Of a stretch of DNA of 64,000 nt, positions 35,039 through 43,554 are shown in pieces (position 1 is the stretch's first letter; the number at the start of each line of letters is the position of its first letter). A model generated the notes under the pieces. It saw only the letters and a program-made list of their open reading frames with translations. It had not been told where the DNA came from and did no database searches. The stretch covers positions 23,521-87,520 of the forward strand of contig JAKLFB010000019.1 of assembly GCA_022711435.1 (NCBI GenBank), in the 5' to 3' direction. A program made the position numbers and the translations under genes. This stretch comes from Verrucomicrobiota bacterium (GTDB taxonomy: Bacteria; Verrucomicrobiota; Verrucomicrobiia; Limisphaerales; UBA1319).

Positions 35039-38000
35039 ATGAAGAGACGGTTTCTCGGGCTCGGCCATATTGCCTTGCTGGGCTTCGGCGTTCTGGCGGC
35101 CCCCGCACCTGCAGCCGATGCCCTCGCCCCCCACCCACACCGTCCGATCATGATGCAGATCGCCGAACAACGGGCGAACAGCTTCGATGCAGGCGATTTT
35201 TACGCGACGCCAGAGGGTGTCCGGAGGCTCCTCCGGTTGGCGGGTGCCAAGGCAATCCGCTTCGCAAATGAATCCCAGAAAGCAGATGTTCTCGATCGGC
35301 TGGTTGCGCCCGGTCAGCCCCTGGACGGCTGCTCGGTGGAAATCGAGCTGGCCATGGGCGTCACAATCTTGAAATCCACTCCCCCGACGCGCGAACTCGA
35401 GTTGCTCCAGCCCGCTGCCCTCGAGCAAGCCCTCGCATCGGCCAGAAATGTCCCCGGCGTCCGCATGGCCAATCCCGTCTTCATCGATCCTGACACCGGA
35501 TTGCGCCTCATCCCCACGGAGGAGGTCATTATCCGCCTGAAGGAAGAGATCGATCCGCAAACCTTTTTTGGATCGGATTGGCCTCGCGCCAGGCGGCTTG
35601 CCGGAACAGCCGATCAGTTCATCCTCGCATTGTCCGGAGCCGCCGCGGAACAAATGCTCGCCGAGGTCAGCAATCGGGCTCGCGACAGCCGAGTGAAATG
35701 GATCGAGCCGGACTTCGTGGCCCAGTCCATTCATCATCTCATCCCTGACGACACTTACTTTCCCAGCCAATGGCACCTCAACAACACCGGCCAAGGCGGG
35801 GGAACAGCCGGCGCCGATGTGCATGGGCCCGAAGCATGGAACCTCGCCACGGGTACCGGCGCGATCGTGGCCATTCTCGATGTCGGTGTGCAAACCAGCC
35901 ACCCCGATCTCAGTCCGAACCTGGCGTACAACGCGATCGAGCTCGCGGGAAAACCGAATCGGGATGACGATGGCAACGGCTACAAGGACGATAAGAACGG
36001 GTGGGACTTTTATGGGGACGACAATTCGCCCGATCCGAAGACGGCGTATGACAACCACGGCACCCCCGTCGCTGGCGTCGCCGTCGCACGAGGCAACAAT
36101 GGCCTCGGAGTCGCCGGCGCCGGCTTGGCCGGAGGCTTGCTCCCCATTCGGATCGGCGAATCGCCCGATGACTCCGGCAGCTTCTACTCGAGCGCTTCCA
36201 TCATGGCTGCCGCAACCTATTACTCCGCGGGCCGAACCGCCGACGGATCCGGCGTCTGGCGAGGCGCGGACATCCTCAACCTGAGCTTCAGCAGCTCGCC
36301 GTCGCTGACTTTTTCCGACGCCTTAAGCTGGGCGGCTGCCAGTGGCCGAAACGGTCAAGGCTGCCCAATCTTTGCCGCCACTGGCAACGGCGCTTCCGGG
36401 TTCATCCAATTCACATTAAGCGGCTTCCCAGCAGGAACCTACACAATCAAATGGGAATATGCCAAAGACAGCAGCGGCTCGGATGGGGACGACACGGTCT
36501 GGCTGGATTCGATCGCGTTCCCGGGGGGGAGCGTCGAGCGATTCGAATCCGATGCCCTGCCAGCAGGTTGGACCACCGGCGGAAACGCGAGCTGGATCAG
36601 CATCCAGGACGGAGTCGGCGGCAACCACGCGCTCAGCGGCTGGGATGGATCCGGATCGCGCGCCGTCCGGGCAGGCGCGATCTCGGACGGTCAGGCCACC
36701 TATCTTCAGGTGACCAGAACCGTGGGGGCAGGCAACCTCGTTTTCTACGCCTGGGTCTCGAGCCAGCAGGACTCGGACTTTTTTAACTTATACGTCGATG
36801 GCACACGCTATTTCCATTTTTCCGGTGTGCCGGCGATCGCAACCGCTATCGCCTATCCCGCCAGCGAGGCCAGCACCATCGCCGTCGGCGCCAGCTCCGA
36901 TTTCGATTATCGATCGGATTATAGCCAGTATGGGATCGGCTTGGATTTGGTCGCCCCAAGCGGCGGCGGCAGATCCAATATCTACACGACCGACCGCACC
37001 GGATCCGGCGGATACAACGCCGGCGATTACGATCCCGACTTCAGCGGCACTTCATCGGCAACTCCGCTCGCAGCGGGCGTGGCCGCGCTGTTGCTTTCGG
37101 CCAAACCCGGCCTCACCGCCAATGAGGTGCGTTCGATCCTGCAGGCTACCGCCGAAAAAATTGGCGGGGTGACCTACATCGATGGCTATAACGAATACTA
37201 CGGCTACGGACGCATTAACGCCTATGCCGCCGTTCGCTACGCAGTCAACACGCCGCCGACTGTCTCGGACATTCTCGACCAATCAACCCCTGAAGATACA
37301 GCCACTCCGCCCATTCCGTTTGTTGTGGGGGATCTGGAAACGGGTCCTGACGCGTTGATCATTACAGCCAGCTCCTCCAACCCGACGCTGGCGCCAAATG
37401 AAAATATTCTATTGGGCGGCGCCGGCACCGACAGGACCGTAACCGTCATCCCGGCAGCCGATCTGTCTGGCGATACGACGATCGCGATCACCGTGACCGA
37501 CGGCGATGGCGGATCGGCAATCGAGAGCTTTGTCCTGCACGTGACCGAGGTGAATGATGCCCCCAGCTTCATCAAAGGGGCCGATCAAGCTGTCCTCCAG
37601 AACGCGCCACCGCAGAGCATTGCCGGCTGGGCGACCGCGATCAGCTCGGGGCCTGCCAGCGAGTCGGCGCAAACAGTCGCATTCCTTGTGACTGTAGACG
37701 ATCCACTGCTGTTCAGCGCGGGCCCGGCGATAATGCCCGATGGGACGCTGACCTACACGCCAGCCGTTGAGAAGGCTGGCGTGGCGAGGGTGACGGTCCG
37801 TTTGCAGGACAACGGGGGCACTGCCAACGGAGGCGTGGACACGAGCGCCCCCCAGGTCTTCACCATCACCGTTCAGCCCCGCATTCTGGGGCGCTACATT
37901 TTCTACAACCAGTCGGCCTGGGATGGCAACGAACCGTCCGCCAATCCCAGCGATGACTCGGCGATTGCGCCTGACAAGGTCGCGCTCCGGGCCGGGAGCA

Positions 38001-38896
38001 AGGCCACGTTCGCCAACTACACCAGCTACAGCCGCGGGATCAACGGCATTATGGTCGATATTGCGGAATTGCCCGGCGTTCCCACGGCACAGGATTTCTT
38101 GTTCAAGGCGGGCAACACCACCGATCCGACCGGTTGGCCGGCCGCTCCGGCCCCTTCCACCATCACCGTGCGCACCGGCGCGGGCGCCAGCGGATCGGAC
38201 CGGCTCACCCTGATCTGGCCGGACAACGCCATTCAGAAGCAGTGGCTCCAGGTGACGGTGCAGGCGACACCCAATACGGGGCTCGGCGCGTCCGATGTGT
38301 TCTATTTTGGCAATGCCGTGGGCGAGTGCGGCAACAGCACCACCGATGCCAAGGTCGATCTGCTCGATCAGCAGATGGCACGGGCCAATCCACACACCAT
38401 CTTCAATCCGGCGCCGATCGACGACCCGTGCGATTACAATCGAGACAAGAAAGTCGATCTGTTTGACCAGAACATCGCGCGGGCCAATCCGACGACGGTG
38501 TTCAGCGCGCTGAACCTGATCGACTTGAGCGGGATCGGAGGGTATTCGGCCATGGGCGAGGCACCGGAAGCGGCCGTGGCTGCCATGGGAATGGCGGACG
38601 GGGTGGCTTCAGCCGGAGCGACTGGATCGCGTGCGGCCGGGTCTGGCCAGTCCTCATCGAGCCTCATCGAGAAGGGCAGCCTGGGAATTGGGCGGGATGG
38701 AGCGGGCCGGATCGTGATCGATTTCGAGGGCGCGCAAGCCGGGAAACATGGGCTCGAGGTGTGCGAGGATCTGACGAGGCCGGAATGGCGCCCGGCCGGA
38801 TTTGCGCCTCAGGTCGAGAAGAACGGCTTGCGCAAGCGGTGGATGGCCGAGCCATCAGCGCAATCGCGGTTCTACCGGGTGGTGGAAAGGCCGTGA
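35039..38896 (+). CDS. Secreted S8 (subtilisin-family) serine peptidase with inserted jelly-roll-like domain, tandem Ig/cadherin-like domains and C-terminal dockerin-like module
   Basis: Signal peptide. Catalytic D281 (AILDVGV), H340 (DNHGTPVAGVA), oxyanion N450 (ATGNG) and S672 (GTSSATPLAAGVAALL). A ~155-aa insertion follows N450. Two repeats end in VNDAPSF-type sequence. EF-hand-like loops DAKVDLLDQ and DYNRDKKVDLFDQ. Confidence 0.88.
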   Translation: MKRRFLGLGHIALLGFGVLAAPAPAADALAPHPHRPIMMQIAEQRANSFDAGDFYATPEGVRRLLRLAGAKAIRFANESQKADVLDRLVAPGQPLDGCSVEIELAMGVTILKSTPPTRELELLQPAALEQALASARNVPGVRMANPVFIDPDTGLRLIPTEEVIIRLKEEIDPQTFFGSDWPRARRLAGTADQFILALSGAAAEQMLAEVSNRARDSRVKWIEPDFVAQSIHHLIPDDTYFPSQWHLNNTGQGGGTAGADVHGPEAWNLATGTGAIVAILDVGVQTSHPDLSPNLAYNAIELAGKPNRDDDGNGYKDDKNGWDFYGDDNSPDPKTAYDNHGTPVAGVAVARGNNGLGVAGAGLAGGLLPIRIGESPDDSGSFYSSASIMAAATYYSAGRTADGSGVWRGADILNLSFSSSPSLTFSDALSWAAASGRNGQGCPIFAATGNGASGFIQFTLSGFPAGTYTIKWEYAKDSSGSDGDDTVWLDSIAFPGGSVERFESDALPAGWTTGGNASWISIQDGVGGNHALSGWDGSGSRAVRAGAISDGQATYLQVTRTVGAGNLVFYAWVSSQQDSDFFNLYVDGTRYFHFSGVPAIATAIAYPASEASTIAVGASSDFDYRSDYSQYGIGLDLVAPSGGGRSNIYTTDRTGSGGYNAGDYDPDFSGTSSATPLAAGVAALLLSAKPGLTANEVRSILQATAEKIGGVTYIDGYNEYYGYGRINAYAAVRYAVNTPPTVSDILDQSTPEDTATPPIPFVVGDLETGPDALIITASSSNPTLAPNENILLGGAGTDRTVTVIPAADLSGDTTIAITVTDGDGGSAIESFVLHVTEVNDAPSFIKGADQAVLQNAPPQSIAGWATAISSGPASESAQTVAFLVTVDDPLLFSAGPAIMPDGTLTYTPAVEKAGVARVTVRLQDNGGTANGGVDTSAPQVFTITVQPRILGRYIFYNQSAWDGNEPSANPSDDSAIAPDKVALRAGSKATFANYTSYSRGINGIMVDIAELPGVPTAQDFLFKAGNTTDPTGWPAAPAPSTITVRTGAGASGSDRLTLIWPDNAIQKQWLQVTVQATPNTGLGASDVFYFGNAVGECGNSTTDAKVDLLDQQMARANPHTIFNPAPIDDPCDYNRDKKVDLFDQNIARANPTTVFSALNLIDLSGIGGYSAMGEAPEAAVAAMGMADGVASAGATGSRAAGSGQSSSSLIEKGSLGIGRDGAGRIVIDFEGAQAGKHGLEVCEDLTRPEWRPAGFAPQVEKNGLRKRWMAEPSAQSRFYRVVERP

Positions 38897-38915
38897 AAAC
38901 CCAATCCAATCTGAA

Positions 38916-39629
38916 TTACTTGCCAGCTTTTTGAGTTCCAAACCGCAGCCAACCGATGCGGCCCAGCAGCAGCAAAGAGGCCAGGACGAGGCCTGCCTGG
39001 GGTTCCGGCACTGCAATCGTGCCGTCCACTATATTCATTAAAACTAAATCTGTCTGTGCAGCTCCCGTAATGTACGTCGTCCACCCGTTTGCGGGACTAG
39101 GATCCTTAAGATACAAATCCCATGAGGCGGAGGACGTGAAACCGGTTGTGTCAATCGTGACTATTGCCAGAAGGACCGGCGGATTTTCTATGGTAGTAGG
39201 TTGAAAAGAAAAATAATAAGGACTTGCCGCTGCTGCTGTGTTTCCAAAAGCGAATTGGGGAGGGATCGGCACATTCTCTGGATCGGTATCAGAAAGCCAA
39301 ACATTGTTGCCTGTATTGGCAACCGCTCCAAAAAGCGTTCCCGTGATGATATCCAAGCCTGTAATGTTGGGCCCGTCGATGTAGCCCTCCCCGCCTTCGG
39401 AGGCTGGCCCTGAATCCGCCACCTGGATACTGATGTCCAGTCCTGAAATTGCGATCGGACTATCCGTCGGATTTTGAAGGTACAACGAGATCGTCTGATT
39501 GGCTGTATTGGGTAAAAGGCTGTGATCTCCCACCTCAAGGAAAAGCTGCGCTCGAGCCCCGGTAACGCCAACAAGCATCGCAATAGCAAGCATCCCGACG
39601 ATTGAGCCCATCACATTGTTCCTTTTCAT
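38916..39629 (-). CDS. PEP-CTERM-anchored surface protein (single beta-rich domain, possibly cohesin-like)
   Basis: Signal peptide MKRNNVMGSIVGMLAIAMLVGVTGARA. C-terminal VPEP followed by hydrophobic LVLASLLLLG and a basic tail (RIGWLRFGTQKAGK). The gene has visibly lower G+C than its neighbours. Confidence 0.8.
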   Translation of the reverse strand: MKRNNVMGSIVGMLAIAMLVGVTGARAQLFLEVGDHSLLPNTANQTISLYLQNPTDSPIAISGLDISIQVADSGPASEGGEGYIDGPNITGLDIITGTLFGAVANTGNNVWLSDTDPENVPIPPQFAFGNTAAAASPYYFSFQPTTIENPPVLLAIVTIDTTGFTSSASWDLYLKDPSPANGWTTYITGAAQTDLVLMNIVDGTIAVPEPQAGLVLASLLLLGRIGWLRFGTQKAGK

Positions 39630-40062
39630 GGTTCGATCCCTAAATCGAATCGCTTATTATTCACAAATCGTCTTTGCAGAGCAACTCCAGTTGGCAGCTG
39701 AGAGCCATCCTTCCGCCATGACGAAAACGATACGTCTCTACCCCTTAAATACCAATTAGACTAAAATCCTGAGTTCAATCCGCTGCTCCTGTCTGCTTTT
39801 TACCCATTCTTTTCTGACATCAGCATCCCGTCAATAGCTAAATGCGAGGTTGCGAGGGTCCGATGTTACGCGTTGAGCTCTATGGGGAGCTCTCCATGAC
39901 TTTTGGGCTTCGTATGTGCTCGCCTGCTCACCCCGAATCCCCTGCCTCACTGCTCATATCTCGGCGTCCGTAACGCCCCCCTTCTCCGGCACCGGCATCA
40001 GCAGATGGATGTGGTTCGCCACATCATTGCTTTCTGGTCCCCGGGCGGCTATCGTCACCCGC

Positions 40063-42060
40063 ATGAAATGGATCGGGTCGGCAACCTTCGTCGCCATCGG
40101 ATTCGCGCTCCTTCTGACAGCGGACCTGAGCGCGCGCCCCTTGCCCGACCCTCCATCCCCTCCAGCCTCTCCCCCGCCGGCGCCGCCCGTCATCCGCCGC
40201 GCTCCGGCCGAATCCGCCGCCCGGTCCCTCTCCGCCGCCGGCCTCGATCCATACTCGATCGGCGATGTCACCGATCCTGAGCAGCTCTTTATCGAGTTCA
40301 TCAACCGGGCCCGATCCGATCCCGTCGCCGAGGGACACTGGCTCCGCTACCTCGCCGACCCCGATGTCCGCAGCGATTGCGATTACTTCCAGGTCGACCT
40401 CGATCTCCTCGAAGCCCAGCTCGGCGCCTACCCACCCGCCCCGCCGCTCGCACCCAACGCCCGCCTCCGCCAGGCCGCCCGCCTCCACAGCCAGGACATG
40501 TTCGAACACATGTTTCAAAGCCACACCGGCAGCGACGGCCGCACCCTCACCGACCGGATCGTCGCTGCGCAATACCCTTACCAGGTCGTCGCCGAAAACG
40601 TGTTCGCCTATGCCGAATCCGTCCTGCACGGGCATGCCGGCTTCGTCATCGATTGGGGCCCCGGACCCGGCGGCGTCCAAAACCCTCCAGGCCATCGCCA
40701 CAACACTTTCGAGCCCGAGTTCCGCGAAATTGGCGTCGGGGCAATCCTGGGCACCAACGGCGCCGTTGGCCCCATCGTGGTCACTCAGAATTTCGGCCTC
40801 CAATCGACCGCGTTCCCCTTCCTCACCGGCGTTGCCTTTTACGATCTGAACGGCAACGGATTTTATGATCTGGGCGAAGGCATCGGTGGGATCGATGTCC
40901 GCGTCAGCGGCGCCTCGTTCTATGCAGTGACCGCCCCCTCCGGCGGCTATGCCATCCCCCTGCCCGGCAACGGATCATTCCTTGCCACGTTCAGCGCCCC
41001 GGGGCTCGCCCCATTTTCCCGGACATTCGCCGTCACCAACCTTGCCAATCGCAAGATCGATTTCCTGCCGCCTTACGAGCCCCCTGTCGTTTCCGGCCCC
41101 GCGCGCGCCGCGCTTTTCGCGCCGAACCTCTGCCAGCTCTCGATGGTGGGCGCCGCCACCGGCTACGATTGGCGCGCGACCCGATTGCTCCCCACCAATA
41201 TCGTCGAAACCGTCGAGGCCGGTCTCGATCGCTGGACGCTCCTCGCAACCCCAGGCTATGATGTCCGCCAATCCGACGCTGTCTCGCAGGGCACGTGGGC
41301 GATTCGCTTGGCTCATCCCCAGCCGGCCGATCAGATCCTCGAGCTCGATGGCGCCTTTCTCCTCTCGGCCTCGAGCGGCATTCAATTCGCCTCCCGCCTC
41401 AATTGGGCCACCCCCACCCAAATCGCCCGCCTCCAGATCTCCACCGACAACGGCCTCACATGGTCCGACCTCTGGTCTGAGCCCGGCATCGACGACGCCG
41501 GCGCCGATTCCTTCCAGACCGTTGTCGTCCCGCTCGCTCCGTACGCCGGACAGAGCGCTCAGTTCCGCTTCGTCTACGATTACACCGGCGGCAGCCGCTA
41601 CCCTCAGACCGATCCCGGCATCGGCCTCCACCTGGATGACATCCGCCTCAGTGCCGTCGAACAACTCGAGGAAACCCACAACGCACCCGTCCCCCAACCT
41701 CCATCGTTCGTCTTCGAGCCCACGCTGCCCGGCGATTATTCCCTCCAGGCCCGCGCCCGCATTGGCCAACGGGCCCTCCCTTGGGGGCCAATGCTCCGCA
41801 TCGCCGCCGGCAGGATCACCGATACCATCCTCCATCTCGAATCCATTCGCCACACGGCGGACAGCCAGCTCGAGCTGGTCGTCACCCTGACCAATGGCAC
41901 GGCGAACTCGATCGATCCGCTCTCGAGCCCCTCGCCCGCGGGCCCTTGGCAACCCGTCGCCAACTTCACCATCACAAACGGGCCCGGCTCCAATCAGTTC
42001 CGGATTCTGCTGCCCATCCCCTCGATCTCTCCGGTCTTCTATCGGGTGGCTGCACCATGA
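40063..42060 (+). CDS. Secreted CAP/SCP-domain protein with C-terminal beta-sandwich domains
   Basis: ATG 40063 gives the signal peptide MKWIGSATFVAIGFALLLTADLSA. CAP motifs FINRARSDP, LRQAARLHSQDM, HTGSDG, VAENV and HRHN...REIGVG. Then GVAFYDLNGNGFYDLGEG (CarboxypepD_reg-like) and MAM-like FRFVYDY...LHLDDIRL. Confidence 0.75.
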   Translation: MKWIGSATFVAIGFALLLTADLSARPLPDPPSPPASPPPAPPVIRRAPAESAARSLSAAGLDPYSIGDVTDPEQLFIEFINRARSDPVAEGHWLRYLADPDVRSDCDYFQVDLDLLEAQLGAYPPAPPLAPNARLRQAARLHSQDMFEHMFQSHTGSDGRTLTDRIVAAQYPYQVVAENVFAYAESVLHGHAGFVIDWGPGPGGVQNPPGHRHNTFEPEFREIGVGAILGTNGAVGPIVVTQNFGLQSTAFPFLTGVAFYDLNGNGFYDLGEGIGGIDVRVSGASFYAVTAPSGGYAIPLPGNGSFLATFSAPGLAPFSRTFAVTNLANRKIDFLPPYEPPVVSGPARAALFAPNLCQLSMVGAATGYDWRATRLLPTNIVETVEAGLDRWTLLATPGYDVRQSDAVSQGTWAIRLAHPQPADQILELDGAFLLSASSGIQFASRLNWATPTQIARLQISTDNGLTWSDLWSEPGIDDAGADSFQTVVVPLAPYAGQSAQFRFVYDYTGGSRYPQTDPGIGLHLDDIRLSAVEQLEETHNAPVPQPPSFVFEPTLPGDYSLQARARIGQRALPWGPMLRIAAGRITDTILHLESIRHTADSQLELVVTLTNGTANSIDPLSSPSPAGPWQPVANFTITNGPGSNQFRILLPIPSISPVFYRVAAP

Positions 42061-42066
42061 CGGATC

Positions 42067-43554
42067 CTACGATCCCAGCGCCGCCCTGAGCCAGCTCAGC
42101 ACCCCGCCCGGAAAACAGCCCAGCAGAACCACCGCGACCGCCAATCCCAGCAGCACAACCCGGGTCGCTGGCAACACCCGCCACGCTGCGCTCGATCCGC
42201 GCCCCGCTTCAGCCTCGCGCACATACGCCTGCTTCAGGACCTGCAGGTAGTAATAAAGCGATACCGCGCTCATCCCCAACGCCCACGCTATCAGCCAGAT
42301 CAATCCCAGCCCCCCCCCGCCCGCTCCTGCCGCCGCCGCGAATACGGCGAACTTGCCCACAAACCCGGCCAGCGGCGGGAGCCCGGCCAGCGAAAGAATA
42401 AAGACAAACAGACACGCGGCCAGCAGAGGCGATCGCTGCCATAAACCGGCAAAATTCTCGAGCCGATCCCCTCCGCTGTTCCGCTCGACGATCCCCGCCA
42501 CACCGAAAGCTCCGATGACCGCCAGCGCATACGTGCTCAGGTAATACACCACCGCTGCGGTCCCCTCCGCGTTGCCCGCCATGACCCCAAGCAGCGCGTA
42601 TCCCGCATGGGCGATCGCCGAGTAGGCCAGCAGACGCCGAACGCTCGATTGCACCAGCGCCACCAGGTTCCCCAAACCGATGGACAACGCCGCCGCCATC
42701 CCCAGCAACGGCATCCATCCCCCTTCCCACCCGCGCCAGTCCGCGCGCCCAGCCAGCTCCGGAAAACCCTCGAGCATGAATCGAATCAGCAGGTAAAAAC
42801 TCGCCATCTTCGATCCCGATGCCACCAATGCCGCCGTCGGCAATGGCGCCGCCTGATACACGTCTGGCGCCCACAAGTGAAATGGGACCACCGCCACTTT
42901 GAATCCCAGCCCCACCACCACCGATGCCAGCGCCACGATCAGCAGCGGATCCATCCCCAGCCGCGCCAGCTTCGGCGCCATCCGGCTTAGCTCGACCTCC
43001 CCGCTCAACCCATACAACGCGCTCATCCCGTAAAGCAGGAACGCCGACGACATCCCTCCCAGCAGAAAATACTTGAGCGCCGCCTCGAGGCCATGGCGGC
43101 TCTCCCGCTGAAACGCCGCCAGCGCGTACAGCGACAGGCTCGCCAGCTCCAGCGACGCATACACCAGCACCATGTTCTCCGCCCCGGCCATGAGCATCAG
43201 ACCCACCGTCGCCAGCAGCATCAGCGCGACATACTCACCTATATGCTCCGTGAGGGCCGTCTCGATCGATAGCACCAGGCTCGCCATGGTCAGGACCGCC
43301 AGCGCCTGGCACACGAACCGCGATGCGTCGTCCAGCACCAGCATCCCCCCCGCCAGCCGGCCCGGAGGATCCGCTGCCGCCATCCACACCAGCGCCCCCA
43401 GACACCCCGCCACCCCCGCCGCCACCGCCGCACGCCACCGCACCGGCACCGACCAGCGCCGCGCCAGCGCCGCGTCCATCCCCAGAACCGCCAGCGCCGT
43501 CAGCGCCAGGATGGCCTCGGGCGCCAGCGCCCATGCGATCGCGCCGTAATTCAC
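42067..43554 (-). CDS. nuoN: NADH-quinone oxidoreductase subunit N
   Basis: GTG 43554 overlaps the nuoM stop (GTGA). Polytopic antiporter-like sequence (LELASLSLYALAA, KYFLLGGMSSAFLLYG). The track ORF to 43908 would overlap nuoM by 350 nt. Confidence 0.85.
   Translation of the reverse strand: MNYGAIAWALAPEAILALTALAVLGMDAALARRWSVPVRWRAAVAAGVAGCLGALVWMAAADPPGRLAGGMLVLDDASRFVCQALAVLTMASLVLSIETALTEHIGEYVALMLLATVGLMLMAGAENMVLVYASLELASLSLYALAAFQRESRHGLEAALKYFLLGGMSSAFLLYGMSALYGLSGEVELSRMAPKLARLGMDPLLIVALASVVVGLGFKVAVVPFHLWAPDVYQAAPLPTAALVASGSKMASFYLLIRFMLEGFPELAGRADWRGWEGGWMPLLGMAAALSIGLGNLVALVQSSVRRLLAYSAIAHAGYALLGVMAGNAEGTAAVVYYLSTYALAVIGAFGVAGIVERNSGGDRLENFAGLWQRSPLLAACLFVFILSLAGLPPLAGFVGKFAVFAAAAGAGGGGLGLIWLIAWALGMSAVSLYYYLQVLKQAYVREAEAGRGSSAAWRVLPATRVVLLGLAVAVVLLGCFPGGVLSWLRAALGS

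Noticed and set aside
34784-36058. 424-aa minus-strand ORF overlapping the S8 protease 5' region
   Set aside because: The plus frame has a signal peptide and the S8 Asp/His motifs. The minus frame has no features and would overlap the divergent promoter region.
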